From an uncultured Planctomycetia bacterium (GTDB lineage: Bacteria > Omnitrophota > Gorgyraeia > 1-14-0-20-64-10): a stretch of DNA of 64,000 bases. This document shows, in pieces, positions 19,245 through 29,440 of the stretch (position 1 is its first letter; every line of letters begins with the position of its first letter). The position numbers and the translations under genes were made by a program. The notes under the pieces are model-generated. The model was given only the letters and a program-made list of their open reading frames with translations. It ran no database searches and had not been told where the DNA came from. The DNA lies in NCBI GenBank assembly GCA_964373715.1, contig CAYJVR010000008.1, positions 8,468 through 72,467 of the forward strand, read 5' to 3'.

Positions 19245-20885
19245 CTAGGCGGTCGATTGAGACGGCCACTGGCGAGATTTCCCATGCTCGGCGAAGATCG
19301 CCTCGATTTCGTCGTACTCCAACTCTTCCTTTTTGAGCAGCTCGCTGGCGAAACGATCCAGGATAGCCCTCTCTTTTGTCAAAAGCTGTTCTACCTCTTT
19401 GGCGCAGGATTGAAAGATCGCGTTCGTCTCCGCGTTGAGTTCCGCCACAACCTGCTGAGAGAGCATCGTGCTGCTGCCGTTGGCCGTAAGCATACCCCAA
19501 TCACCGAGGTATTTGGAACCCATCCCCAGGCGCCACACCATCGCATTCGCCTTGGTCATGGCATTCTGGAAATCGCCGGAAACACCGGTCGTCGTCACTC
19601 CGGAAACAAGCTTCTCGGCCACATACCCGGCCAAGGACACTTTGATGTCGGCCAACAGCTTGTTCTTATCGTGCGAATGCATCTCTTCCCTGGGCATGTG
19701 GTACACCACACCCAGCGTCCCCCGGCGCGCGATGATGGAGGCTTTGAAAACATCGTCCGTCGGGTGCAGAAGATAGAGAACCAGCAGATGCCCCGACTCA
19801 TGGTAAGCGGTCATCCGCCTCTCCGAATCGCTCATGCTCTTACGATGCTTGATGCCCAGCTCGATCCGTTCCAAAGCCTCCGACAAATCATCGTAGGTCA
19901 GCTTTTCGTGTTTGTTGCGGGACGCGATCAAAGCCGCTTCCTTTATAAGATTCTCCAAATCCGCAGGCGACTTGGCAACCGTCCGGCGCGCGAGCCTTCC
20001 GATATCAATGTTGCTCTCGGCCTGCACCTTGCCCATATAATAGGCCAACACCTTCTCGCGGCCGGCGAGATTCGGCTTGTCCACGTAAATCTTCCGGTCA
20101 AACCGCCCAGGCCGAAGCAGCGCAGGATCCAGCGTCTCCTCAGGAGCGTTGGAGGCTCCGATGATCACCACGTTCTCCTGCTCGCTCTGAAGGCCGTCCA
20201 TTTCCACGAGCAGAGCGTTCAAAGTGGAGTTCGTCTCCTGGCCGCCCATCCAGCTGAAGGACCGGGCGCGGCCCACCGCGTCGAGCTCGTCAATAAAGAT
20301 GATGCAGGCACCGTTGCTGTACGCCAAACGGCGGGCATCCGTAAAAAGCTTCCGCACACGGCTGGCCCCCACACCAACAAAAATCTCCACAAAATCCGAA
20401 GCGGCAAGGGAGAGAAACGGGATCCCCGCTTCCGTGGCAATCGCTTTAGCCAAGTAGGTCTTGCCGCAGCCGGGAGGCCCCTGCATCAAAAGACCCCGGA
20501 TGATTTTGCCGCCCACTTTCTTCAACCGGGCGTGATCCTTCAGGAGCTCGACAACTTCCCATGCTTCCTCCTTCGCCTCATCAATGCCGATGACGTCGCT
20601 GAACCGCACGTTGACGAAGTGGGACTTGGTCTTCTGTTTCCGGTTGCTTTTGGAAAACATTCCGAACATCAGCGACACATAGATAAAGGCGGAAATAATG
20701 GAGCCGAGGATCCATGTGAGAATGTGGAGCGGCAGAGTCGCTATCGTCATATTGACGTAGAACGACTCCATTTTCGACATACCCCACCAGCTCAACCAGA
20801 AACAAACAAGGACAAAGAGCGCGGAGCCGACCGCGATCTTATGATCAATGATGTAGACCTTTACGCGTCGCAAAAAGAGTTTCAT
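19245..20885 (-). CDS. FtsH-family AAA+ zinc metalloprotease paralog with a very short periplasmic loop
   Basis: 546 aa. Two N-terminal TM helices separated by about 15 aa. Walker A motif GPPGCGKT, the second region of homology, and an HESGH zinc motif. Confidence 0.8.
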   Translation of the reverse strand: MKLFLRRVKVYIIDHKIAVGSALFVLVCFWLSWWGMSKMESFYVNMTIATLPLHILTWILGSIISAFIYVSLMFGMFSKSNRKQKTKSHFVNVRFSDVIGIDEAKEEAWEVVELLKDHARLKKVGGKIIRGLLMQGPPGCGKTYLAKAIATEAGIPFLSLAASDFVEIFVGVGASRVRKLFTDARRLAYSNGACIIFIDELDAVGRARSFSWMGGQETNSTLNALLVEMDGLQSEQENVVIIGASNAPEETLDPALLRPGRFDRKIYVDKPNLAGREKVLAYYMGKVQAESNIDIGRLARRTVAKSPADLENLIKEAALIASRNKHEKLTYDDLSEALERIELGIKHRKSMSDSERRMTAYHESGHLLVLYLLHPTDDVFKASIIARRGTLGVVYHMPREEMHSHDKNKLLADIKVSLAGYVAEKLVSGVTTTGVSGDFQNAMTKANAMVWRLGMGSKYLGDWGMLTANGSSTMLSQQVVAELNAETNAIFQSCAKEVEQLLTKERAILDRFASELLKKEELEYDEIEAIFAEHGKSRQWPSQSTA

Positions 20886-20888
20886 GGA

Positions 20889-22520
20889 TTATCTTTCCTT
20901 CCTGGGGGCAAGTAAACCCTGTGTTTTATTCCCACGTCGAGCACGGTTATTCTTCAACGCTTTGATATCGGACTCCAGTTTTTTAACAATCTTTGCGTCT
21001 TTCGAATTCAATTTAAGCCCTTTTTCCCACGCGGCTAACGCCGCGTCCGCATCCCCAAGCTGCAAGTATACCTGACCCAAATGTTCTAATATCTCAGAAT
21101 CCGGCCTGCGGACGACCGCTTCTGTCAATAGGCGCAAAGACTCTTCCAACCGTCCCATCTTAAAGTAAATCCAAGCAAGCGAGTCAAGAAAACCCCCGTT
21201 CTCCGGGTCCTGGGCAACCGCTTTCTGAAGCATCCCCTCGGCCTCTTCCAGGCGGATCCCCCAAACAGCGTAAAGATAACCCAAGGCATTCAAAATCTGC
21301 GGGTCATCGGAATCCAGGCGATAGGCCTGGCGCAGAACATCCTCCGATTCAGCGTAACGATCCAACCATTGGTACAACCCACCCAAATAGCCGTACGTCT
21401 TCGTCTGATCGGGACCTAAAGCCACTGCCTGCTTATAAGCCGCCTCCGCTTCGACGTAAGAGCCAACCCCCTGATAAGCAACGCCGAGAGCAAGCCACAG
21501 ATCGACCGGAGGCTCATCGAAATTGCTCAACTCAAGGGCTGTTTTGATCAGCGCTATCCCTTCAGATGCCCTGCCCTGTTCAATCCTCAGGTAACCAAGC
21601 TCCAGATAAGCGCTGGAATCGTGGGGACTGAAACTCAAGTAGCGGGCCAGCCAATCCCCGGAGGCCTCGAGATTGCCCATTTTATAATTAAGGTGCGACA
21701 GGTAATGGATCAAGCGCGTATTAGCCGGTTCAATCTGAAGAGATTTTGTGAACTGCTCCTTTGCGCCGGATAAATTCCCCTGCTGCTCCAGGCTTACGGC
21801 CAGACCCAAACGGGCCTGAACATTCCCTGGATCCAATTCAACCGCCTTTAGGAAATGTACGGAAGACTCTTTCCACTCCTGGACCCTCGCGTAAAGAACC
21901 CCCACATTAAAATGGACAACCGCGGAATCAGGCCGCTCCTTGAGAAAAGCTTCGTATACCCCAAGAGCCTCCTGGAGCTTCTCCTGGACAATATAAAGAT
22001 CCGCCAGCTGGCCGAGCGCCGAAAGGTTCCCTGGATTATCGGAGAGGACCTGAACGTACTGGGAGGAAGCCTCTTCAAAACGCCCCTGGCTCGCGTAAAG
22101 AACGGCCAACAGAAACCGGGGGCGGGGATCGTCCGGATCCAACAAGCAAACCCTTTCAAAACAATTGGCCGCGTTCACCAGCTGGTTACGGCGCAAGTAA
22201 ACCACACCAAGACGCAACAGGATATGCCTGCTGTCGGGATCGTTATCAAAAGCCTGCCGGAATTTTTCCTCGGCAGTCTTGAAGTCCCCGCTTCCTTCGG
22301 CAAGCAAACCGGAGAGATAACACGAGAGGCCTCTTGACTGACGGGTATTGCCCGTTTCTCTTTCGGCAAACGAGGGGGACCACCGGGAAGAAGCGAGGGT
22401 GCGCGTGTCCATCACCCAAGCGATACGATTGCCCTGCTTACAACTCGATAGCGCGCCTGCAAAAACACAGACCGCAAGGCAAAAAAAAACCTTTACAGCT
22501 CTTTTTGAATTCAGCTGCAT
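20889..22520 (-). CDS. TPR-repeat lipoprotein
   Basis: 543 aa. Signal peptide plus Cys, then many 34-residue TPR-like repeats (AxxxLGxxYxxxGxxxEA patterns). Confidence 0.7.
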   Translation of the reverse strand: MQLNSKRAVKVFFCLAVCVFAGALSSCKQGNRIAWVMDTRTLASSRWSPSFAERETGNTRQSRGLSCYLSGLLAEGSGDFKTAEEKFRQAFDNDPDSRHILLRLGVVYLRRNQLVNAANCFERVCLLDPDDPRPRFLLAVLYASQGRFEEASSQYVQVLSDNPGNLSALGQLADLYIVQEKLQEALGVYEAFLKERPDSAVVHFNVGVLYARVQEWKESSVHFLKAVELDPGNVQARLGLAVSLEQQGNLSGAKEQFTKSLQIEPANTRLIHYLSHLNYKMGNLEASGDWLARYLSFSPHDSSAYLELGYLRIEQGRASEGIALIKTALELSNFDEPPVDLWLALGVAYQGVGSYVEAEAAYKQAVALGPDQTKTYGYLGGLYQWLDRYAESEDVLRQAYRLDSDDPQILNALGYLYAVWGIRLEEAEGMLQKAVAQDPENGGFLDSLAWIYFKMGRLEESLRLLTEAVVRRPDSEILEHLGQVYLQLGDADAALAAWEKGLKLNSKDAKIVKKLESDIKALKNNRARRGNKTQGLLAPRKER

Positions 22521-22594
22521 GGCACGCCAACCCCTTAAATCATCGGTCGGAAGGAGCCTCCCGGGAAAAACCTCCCGGGGGCGCCTACCACCGA

Positions 22595-22684
22595 TTATTT
22601 TTTCTTGTGTCTGTCACGCCGAAGCCGCTTCTTCCTCTTGTGCTTGGCCATTTTCTTTCGGCGTTTTTTCTTCAGATTCGGCAT
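22595..22684 (-). CDS. Small Lys/Arg-rich ribosomal protein, bS22-like (29 aa)
   Basis: Manual translation gives MPNLKKKRRKKMAKHKRKKRLRRDRHKKK, which resembles the bS22 small ribosomal proteins of mycobacteria and Bacteroidetes. It is below the ORF-track length cutoff. Confidence 0.5.
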   Translation of the reverse strand: MPNLKKKRRKKMAKHKRKKRLRRDRHKKK

Positions 22685-22694
22685 CTTAACCTTT

Positions 22695-23567
22695 TCAGTA
22701 AATAATTTTGTTGAGACTGTATTCGATGATCCCTTCTCCCCCGGCCTTTTTAAGATCTGTCAGAAGAGAGCGAACAACCTTTTCATCCAGCACGGTCTCG
22801 ATGGCAAACCAACCCGCCGTGCTTAACGTGGACACGGTCGGTTTCCTGATAGCCGGCAGCATGCTTAAAACCGACTTAAGATTCTTCTTGGAGACGTTCA
22901 GCTTCAACCCCACCTTAGACCGCGCGGCGATCGCACCCTTCATAAGGGTTGCGATGGACTCGAGCTTTTTCTTCTTCCAGATATCCCTCCAAGCCGCCTT
23001 GTTGCAAATCATCTGCGTCGAGGAGGAACAGATGGTGTCGACAACCCGCAGCTTATTGGCCCTCAGGGAAGCGCCAGTTTCAGTCAGCTCTACAATGGCA
23101 TCCACTAGGCCCGCTCCTACCTTTGCCTCGGTAGCGCCCCAAGAAAACTCAACGGAAGCGTTTACCCGGTGGGTCTTGAGATAGGATTTGGTGATATTGA
23201 CCAGTTCCGTAGCGATCCTCTTGCCTTCCAGGTCTTTCGGGCGGGCAATCTTCGAATCCACAGGAACGGCAAGAACCCACCGGACGGGATCCAAACTCTG
23301 CTTCGAATAAGAGAGCTCGGTCACCTTCACCACGTCCGAACCGTTTTCCAAGATCCAGTCATTTCCGGTAATACCCCCATCAATCGCCCCAGCCTCAACA
23401 TAGCGGGACATCTCTTGAGCTCTTAAGAAGACAAGCTCCATCTCTTCATCGTCAATCGCGGGAAAATAAGAGCGCTCAGAGTAGGTCAGCTGGAAACCGG
23501 CCTGACGAAACAGGTGAACCGTTGATTCCTGCAAAGATCCTTTGGGTAACCCAAATTTAAGCCTCAC
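22695..23567 (-). CDS. hisG: ATP phosphoribosyltransferase, long form
   Basis: 290 aa. Begins [17 protein letters not shown]... and has the C-terminal regulatory domain. Confidence 0.85.
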   Translation of the reverse strand: MRLKFGLPKGSLQESTVHLFRQAGFQLTYSERSYFPAIDDEEMELVFLRAQEMSRYVEAGAIDGGITGNDWILENGSDVVKVTELSYSKQSLDPVRWVLAVPVDSKIARPKDLEGKRIATELVNITKSYLKTHRVNASVEFSWGATEAKVGAGLVDAIVELTETGASLRANKLRVVDTICSSSTQMICNKAAWRDIWKKKKLESIATLMKGAIAARSKVGLKLNVSKKNLKSVLSMLPAIRKPTVSTLSTAGWFAIETVLDEKVVRSLLTDLKKAGGEGIIEYSLNKIIY

Positions 23568-23822
23568 CCTCTTGAACCTCCCCTATTAATGGATGCAAAC
23601 CCTGACTAAATAAAACCCCCACTAAAGGGAGTTATTATATGTCGCCAAATGATGACAAGTCAATGGAACTCTTAGGAACTAAAGAGCATCGGGTACCTAT
23701 TCCCGGCTAAATCTATTCCAAATATAGCGTTACACCTAATTGACTTGAAAATCTTTTCTTGTTGAAATGATTCGACTTCTGTAAAATACAAAGCTGTAAA
23801 ACAGAAGAAGGAGCTTAAAGAA
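23568..23822. promoter_or_regulatory. AT-rich divergent promoter region between hisG and the SurA-like gene
   Basis: About 255 bp that is markedly AT-rich relative to its surroundings, flanked by divergently oriented genes. Confidence 0.3.
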
Positions 23823-24854
23823 ATGATGGATTGGGTGCGGAAAAATGTGGGTCTTATCGCAGGCTTTACGGTAGCCGTTATGGTTCTTTGGCTGGTCGGA
23901 ACGGCTGTTTCCGTCCGGGCGACTCAGGCCGATGTCGCGGGAACTCTTTTCGGCAAAAAAATAATGCTCGAGTCGTATGTCCAAGCGTTGGATGCCGTAA
24001 CCCGCCAGGCCCTTCTCACCCGGGGGGACAAATTCCGGGAAGAAACAAAACCGGAGGAGCTCGAACAGCTGGCTTGGCAACGGCTGACGATGCTGGCCGA
24101 GGCTAAAAGACGAGGAATCAGTGTAACAGATAATGAGGTGGTAACAGAGCTTCAAAGGTGGCCAATCTTCCAAAGAGACGGTCAATTTGACCGCGGTTCC
24201 TATGAAGCTATTGTCAAATACAGCCTCGGAACATCCGCCCGGCATTTTGAAGAGGAGATGCGGGAAAGCCTCATGATCTATAAACTGACCGATGAGGTGA
24301 TAAAAACAAAAGTGACCAAGCAGGAGATACAAGAGGCCTTCCAGGCAAAAGAGGAGGCGATTAAAGTAAGCTACTTCACAGTCCCTCAAGAGACGTCCGG
24401 CCGGGAGATTGCAGATACACTCCGGCAAAATCCGGCGTCGTTCAACACCGTCGCCCAGCAGGTAGGCCAGCAGATCGTAACAACCGACCTTGTGAAACGC
24501 TCGACCGCTGTGGCCAACCTTGGCTTGGCCGGAAATGTTTTCGAACCCCTCTTTTTACTCAATGACGGCGAGATTGCCGATCCCCTGGAAACCCCTCAGG
24601 GATGGCTCATCGCACGGCTGGAAAGCAAAAATCCGGCCGACCTGAGCAAATTCGAGGGTGAAAAAGAGGCAATCCAGCGGGAACTGCTTGAACAAAAGAA
24701 ACTTAGTTCCTACTTCACCTGGTACTCGGAACTTTTGAAGCGGGCCAACCTGAAGAAAACCCTTCCAACCGAGCAGACGAAAAAACAGGCACCCGCGTCC
24801 ATTCAGCAGCAGATACCTGCGCCGTCGCAGCAGGAACAGCCGGTCGCCCGGTAA
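23823..24854 (+). CDS. SurA N-terminal domain periplasmic chaperone (PpiD/SurA-like, no obvious PPIase domain)
   Basis: 343 aa. An N-terminal TM/signal anchor followed by a SurA_N-like helical chaperone region. Confidence 0.55.
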   Translation: MMDWVRKNVGLIAGFTVAVMVLWLVGTAVSVRATQADVAGTLFGKKIMLESYVQALDAVTRQALLTRGDKFREETKPEELEQLAWQRLTMLAEAKRRGISVTDNEVVTELQRWPIFQRDGQFDRGSYEAIVKYSLGTSARHFEEEMRESLMIYKLTDEVIKTKVTKQEIQEAFQAKEEAIKVSYFTVPQETSGREIADTLRQNPASFNTVAQQVGQQIVTTDLVKRSTAVANLGLAGNVFEPLFLLNDGEIADPLETPQGWLIARLESKNPADLSKFEGEKEAIQRELLEQKKLSSYFTWYSELLKRANLKKTLPTEQTKKQAPASIQQQIPAPSQQEQPVAR

Positions 24855-24886
24855 GGTAAGCCGGCACGAACAAACCCCGCCGCATC

Positions 24887-25465
24887 ATGAGAAACGTCCG
24901 TCCCGGGAACCGGTTAATCCTTGCCTCCGCCTCTCCCAGGCGCAAGTTTCTTCTGAAACAGCACCACATCCCCTTCAAAGCGGTCCCGAGCGGCTTGAAG
25001 GAACCCCCTGCCGGAAAAACTCCCGCCGCTGTCTACACCAAAAAACTCGCGCTCGCTAAAGCGCGGAAGGTCGCCCTCCGACTGAAAGATGGGCTCGTTC
25101 TCGGAGCAGATACTGTGGTCATTTTACGCGGCGCGATTTATGGGAAACCGGCCGGATACACCGACGCCTGCCGCATCCTGCGCAGCCTTCAAGGAACAAC
25201 CCACCGGGTGATCACCGGCATCGCCCTGGTGGATGCCTCATCAGGCAAAAAGAGGGTTGCCCACGCGGTGAGCACAGTGACGATGCGGCCAATCAGCGAA
25301 CAGGAGATCCGGCGATACGCCGGCAGACATCAGGATAAAGCCGGATCTTACGCAGTGCAGGAAAGGAAAGATTCAGTAGTGCTGAAGATTGAGGGCTCCT
25401 ACTCGAATGTGGTGGGGCTGCCGATGGAACTGCTGAAGAAAATGCTGAGGGAATTTGGCGGGTGA
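24887..25465 (+). CDS. maf: Maf-like nucleoside triphosphate pyrophosphatase
   Basis: 192 aa. Contains the Maf signature ILASASPRR and GADTVV. Confidence 0.85.
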   Translation: MRNVRPGNRLILASASPRRKFLLKQHHIPFKAVPSGLKEPPAGKTPAAVYTKKLALAKARKVALRLKDGLVLGADTVVILRGAIYGKPAGYTDACRILRSLQGTTHRVITGIALVDASSGKKRVAHAVSTVTMRPISEQEIRRYAGRHQDKAGSYAVQERKDSVVLKIEGSYSNVVGLPMELLKKMLREFGG

Positions 25466-25564
25466 TGCGGAGCGGTCGCTACATCCGCCAGCAGGGGCGA
25501 CCGGCCTTCTAGGCCCCGAGCCCCGATGCCGGATGCAGTGACCGGCCGCGGCAGGACCCGCAAA

Positions 25565-26020
25565 TCACTTCTTGTTGAGGAGCTCCCGCAATTCACGCAT
25601 GAACTGGTTGAGGTCCTTGAACGAGCGGTAGACCGAAGCAAAACGGACGTAGGCCACTTCATCCAGCTTCTGCAGGCGGGACATGATCCTCTCCCCTATC
25701 TCCACCGAGGAGATCTCCTTTTCAAACTCCTGGCGGACCTCCCGGTCCACATCATCCGTCAGGGCCTCCATCTGCTCCATCGCAACAGGGCGTTTCTCGC
25801 AGGCCTTTAAAACTCCCTGCAGGATTTTCTTCCGGTCGAACGGTTCCCTCCTGCCGTCCCTTTTGACGACCAGGATTGGGGACTCCTCAAAACGCTCGTA
25901 GGTCGTGGTGCGGCGGCTGCATTTCACGCATTCGCGGCGCCGCCGGATGGTAGCTCCGTCGGGCGACTCGCGCGAGTCAATGACCTTGTCATCGCTGCCA
26001 CCGCAGTAAGGGCACTTCAC
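25565..26020 (-). CDS. nrdR: Transcriptional repressor NrdR
   Basis: 151 aa. Begins MKCPYCGGSDDKVIDSR (zinc ribbon) and continues into an ATP-cone domain. Confidence 0.9.
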   Translation of the reverse strand: MKCPYCGGSDDKVIDSRESPDGATIRRRRECVKCSRRTTTYERFEESPILVVKRDGRREPFDRKKILQGVLKACEKRPVAMEQMEALTDDVDREVRQEFEKEISSVEIGERIMSRLQKLDEVAYVRFASVYRSFKDLNQFMRELRELLNKK

Positions 26021-26021
26021 C

Positions 26022-27311
26022 CTAAACCTTACCTGCCCGCAAATGGTTGATCTCCGGGATCGCCCGCCGGAGTTCCGGATAGAGAGGAAAACGCTCCACG
26101 AGGCCGTCCACCTCCCGCAGAACCTGCTCGATCACTCCCTCTTCGTTCATGCCGGTCAACGCCTTGTCGATCAAGTTAGCGATCAGCTTCATTTCCGGCT
26201 CCTTCATGCCGCGGGAGGTAACCGCCGGCGTCCCGAGCCGAATGCCGCCGGGGTTGGCCGGGGAGCTCGAATCGAACGGGATTGCGTTTTTGTTGACGGT
26301 GATCCGGGCCTTGTCGAGCGCCGAGGAGGCCAGCTTTCCGGTCAGCCCTTTGGAGGTGACGTCCACCAGCATGAGGTGATTGTCTGTGCCGCCTGAAAAA
26401 ATCCGCCACCCTTTCTGGATCAGCGTCTCGGCCATCGCGCGGGCATTCTTGACGACCTGCGCCTGGTACTCTTTGAATTCCGGCGTGAGCGCCTCTTTCA
26501 GCGCCACCGCTTTGGCCGCGATCACATTCATCAGAGGCCCGCCCTGGATTCCGGGAAATATTTGAGAGTCTATCTTCTTCGCGAAGTCTTTTCGGCAGAG
26601 AATAAGACCGCCCCTGGGGCCGCGCAGCGTCTTATGCGTAGTTGTCGTCACGAACTCGGCGTACGGCACCGGCGAGGGATGGACCCCCGCGGCGACGAGG
26701 CCGGCGAAGTGGGCCATATCGACCATCAGGAAAGCGCCGGCTGCGTCGGCAATCGCCCGGAACTTCTTGAAATCGAGCATCCGGGGATAAGCGGAATAGC
26801 CGGCCAGAATCATCTTCGGCTTGTGCTCCTTGGCAAGCGCCATCAGCTCGTCGTAGTCAATCAAGTGGTCCTTCTGGGAAACGCCGTAGGGGACAATCTT
26901 GAAGAACCGGCCGGAGAAGTTCTTCGGGTGTCCGTGCGTCAGATGCCCGCCGTGGCTCAAGTTCATCGCCATCACCGTGTCGCCCAGCTCGAGCATCGAG
27001 AGGTAGACCGCCATGTTGGCCTGGGAGCCGGAGTGGGGCTGAACGTTCGCGTGCTCGGCCCCAAAGAGGATCTTCGCCCGGTCAATCGCCAGAGACTCCG
27101 CCTCATCCACGAACTGGCAGCCGTCGTACCAGCGGGCAGCCGGATACCCTTCCGCGTATTTGTTGGTCATAACGGAACCCAGCGCTTCAAGCACGGCGAG
27201 TGATACCACGTTCTCGCTGGCGATCAACTCGAGGTTCTCCTGCTGCCGAACGATCTCCTGGCAAATGGCCCTGTAAATCTCCGGATCGGTGTTCTTCAAG
27301 TGATCAAACAT
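26022..27311 (-). CDS. glyA: Serine hydroxymethyltransferase
   Basis: 429 aa. The PLP-site sequence [14 protein letters not shown] and an SHMT-like N-terminus. Confidence 0.9.
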   Translation of the reverse strand: MFDHLKNTDPEIYRAICQEIVRQQENLELIASENVVSLAVLEALGSVMTNKYAEGYPAARWYDGCQFVDEAESLAIDRAKILFGAEHANVQPHSGSQANMAVYLSMLELGDTVMAMNLSHGGHLTHGHPKNFSGRFFKIVPYGVSQKDHLIDYDELMALAKEHKPKMILAGYSAYPRMLDFKKFRAIADAAGAFLMVDMAHFAGLVAAGVHPSPVPYAEFVTTTTHKTLRGPRGGLILCRKDFAKKIDSQIFPGIQGGPLMNVIAAKAVALKEALTPEFKEYQAQVVKNARAMAETLIQKGWRIFSGGTDNHLMLVDVTSKGLTGKLASSALDKARITVNKNAIPFDSSSPANPGGIRLGTPAVTSRGMKEPEMKLIANLIDKALTGMNEEGVIEQVLREVDGLVERFPLYPELRRAIPEINHLRAGKV

Positions 27312-27314
27312 GTT

Positions 27315-27806
27315 CTATCGTCCCAACCTGTTCCTTTCGCGCAATATTGTTTTTTCAATACGCTCGATCTGCCGGATCCGCCTGGCGTGACGCCCGCCGC
27401 CGAACGGAGTTTTCAACCACGCCTGAAGGATCGCCTGCGCCTTCGGGGATGGCAGGTGCTCGGCGCCGAGGACGAGGACGTTGGCGTCGTTATGTTCCCG
27501 CGCGTGTTTCGCGGAAATAACCGTCTGGCAGACAACGGCCCGGACCCCCGGAAATTTATTCGCCACGATGGCCATGCCGCCGCCGCTCTTGCACAAGAGA
27601 ACACCCCACCCGGCTTTCCCGTCCGAAACAGACTTGGCCACCTTCGCACCGATCACCGGATAATCGCACGGTTCCGAAGAAAAAGTCCCTGCGTCAATAC
27701 TCTGGTATCCCTGCTTCCTCAACTGGCGGACCAGGCGCGATTTAAGTTCAAACCCGCCGTGATCTGCCCCTATGACGATCTTCTCCATTTCGCGGGCGCC
27801 TCGCAA
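27315..27806 (-). CDS. rpiB: Ribose-5-phosphate isomerase B
   Basis: Contains the RpiB/LacAB signature KIVIGADHGGFELK. Confidence 0.85.
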   Translation of the reverse strand: MRGAREMEKIVIGADHGGFELKSRLVRQLRKQGYQSIDAGTFSSEPCDYPVIGAKVAKSVSDGKAGWGVLLCKSGGGMAIVANKFPGVRAVVCQTVISAKHAREHNDANVLVLGAEHLPSPKAQAILQAWLKTPFGGGRHARRIRQIERIEKTILRERNRLGR

Positions 27807-27807
27807 A

Positions 27808-28302
27808 CTACTTGTCGTCTTCAGCCTTCGACTGTTCCGACTCTTTTATCAGCCAGCGGCCGATCCGGCCAACGGCATCCTTAATCGTAATCAGGCAGGA
27901 CTCGTAGACCTCTTTGGGCCTGCCGATCGGATCGGGGATGTTGGGATCTAGAATCTTCTGCTTGTTCATGAAGAGCTTCAGCAAATGAACCTTCTCCTGC
28001 GTCTCAGGGGCCTGAGCAATGAGGATATCCCTCTGGAACTCCTCCATGCAGAAGATCGCGTCGGCGAGCCGGATCAGCTGGAGAGTCACCGGCTGGCTGA
28101 TGTGTCCGGAAACATCCACCCCCTCTTTCTCCATCACATCAACAGTCTCCGGACTCGGCCCCGTCCCGCCCATCGCGCTCACGCCGGCCGAAAGGACGTG
28201 GAAATCATTTCTCCCCTTCTGCTTGAGCAGATGTTTGAGCAGGCCTTCCGCCATAACGGAGCGGCAGCTGTTTCCGGTGCACACGAACAGAATTTTTCTC
28301 AT
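27808..28302 (-). CDS. Low molecular weight protein-tyrosine phosphatase / ArsC-like
   Basis: 164 aa. Contains the CX5R P-loop as ILFVCTGNSCRS. Confidence 0.8.
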   Translation of the reverse strand: MRKILFVCTGNSCRSVMAEGLLKHLLKQKGRNDFHVLSAGVSAMGGTGPSPETVDVMEKEGVDVSGHISQPVTLQLIRLADAIFCMEEFQRDILIAQAPETQEKVHLLKLFMNKQKILDPNIPDPIGRPKEVYESCLITIKDAVGRIGRWLIKESEQSKAEDDK

Positions 28303-28925
28303 CCCGCTAACGCTTTCTCCAAATAAAGAACCTTTTCGATGTCGTCAATCCGGGCTCCTCGGCGTAAAATCCGGGGATGATTCCCGCTTAAATCGACAAC
28401 CGACGATTCCACGCCGACAGGCGTGGCCCCGGCATCTAAAACCAGATCGACCTTGTCCGCCAAACCGCGCAGAACCTCCTCCGCTGTCCTGGGAGGCGCC
28501 TGCCCGGACAGATTTGCCGACGACGCCACAACAGGAACGGCGGCCTCCTTTAAGAGAGCCAACGCCACCGGATGATCCGGCACCCGGAAACCGCACGTGG
28601 AACCGTCTGATTTTTTGAGCACAAGCGTCAACGGACCGGGCCAAAACTTATCCGCGAGTTTTTTTGCCAGCGGCGTCCAAACCCCTCCGTAAACCTCCAC
28701 GCCGGAGGCCTCCGCCAGATGGAGCGTCACCTTCTTCCCGAAAGGACGTTCTTTCACCTGGTATAACTCCTGGATCGCCTGCGGATCATCCAGGTTGGCC
28801 CCGAGGCCGTAAACGGTCTCGGTCGGAAAAGCCACGAGCCCTCCGCGGCGCAGAAGGCCGGCCGCCTCATGGATCACGCTCTTCTCGGGAAACTGAGGAT
28901 CCACTTTCAGCACGCGGGTCCGCAT
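28299..28925 (-). CDS. tsaC: L-threonylcarbamoyladenylate synthase (YrdC/Sua5 family)
   Basis: 208 aa. Contains the YrdC motif FPTETVYGLGAN. Confidence 0.8.
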   Translation of the reverse strand: MRTRVLKVDPQFPEKSVIHEAAGLLRRGGLVAFPTETVYGLGANLDDPQAIQELYQVKERPFGKKVTLHLAEASGVEVYGGVWTPLAKKLADKFWPGPLTLVLKKSDGSTCGFRVPDHPVALALLKEAAVPVVASSANLSGQAPPRTAEEVLRGLADKVDLVLDAGATPVGVESSVVDLSGNHPRILRRGARIDDIEKVLYLEKALAG

Positions 28926-29440
28926 GACCGGTTCTTCTGGACCTGCCGGTCCTTTTCGAGTACGCCCGCCCGGAGCTTCGCTTTGAATTCCTTGAGGTAA
29001 CGGGCCAGCCTTTCATCGGAAAGAGCGAGAATCTGCAGGGCCAGAATTCCGGCGTTCTTGGCGCCCCATTTTCCCAACGACACCGTCGCCACAGGGACAC
29101 CGGGCGGCATCTGGAGCGTGCTTAAACAGGCGTCAAGCCCTTTAAGACTCGTGGCATCCAGAGGGACTCCAATGACCGGACGGGTGGTATGCGCGGCAAT
29201 CACTCCAGCCAAATGTGCGGCGCCGCCGGCCCCGGCGATAATCACCCGGATCCCCCGGCTTTCGGCCGACTTGGCGTAAGAGGCTGTATCCTCCGGCGCC
29301 CGGTGGGCGGAAAGAACCCGCGTCTCTGAAACCACACCGGCCTCCTCGAGCACTGCCGCCGCCTCCTGCATCGTGGAGAGGTCGGAATCGGATCCCATCA
29401 GAATCCCCACAACCGGCTTCCCTTTCCCGCGATTAACCAT
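28907..29440 (-). CDS. purE: N5-carboxyaminoimidazole ribonucleotide mutase
   Basis: 177 aa. Begins PVVGILMGSDSDL and contains IIAGAGGAAHL. Confidence 0.85.
   Translation of the reverse strand: MVNRGKGKPVVGILMGSDSDLSTMQEAAAVLEEAGVVSETRVLSAHRAPEDTASYAKSAESRGIRVIIAGAGGAAHLAGVIAAHTTRPVIGVPLDATSLKGLDACLSTLQMPPGVPVATVSLGKWGAKNAGILALQILALSDERLARYLKEFKAKLRAGVLEKDRQVQKNRSCGPAC

Noticed and set aside
19257..20915. 552-aa plus-strand ORF
   Set aside because: It lies entirely antisense to the well-supported FtsH-like gene. Long antisense ORFs are expected in high-GC DNA. Its translation is low-complexity and Arg/Pro/Gly-rich with no motifs.
25466..25564. Convergent-gene terminator between maf and nrdR
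   Set aside because: The region is GC-rich with several short CGGCCG palindromes. No convincing stem followed by a T-tract could be identified by eye.
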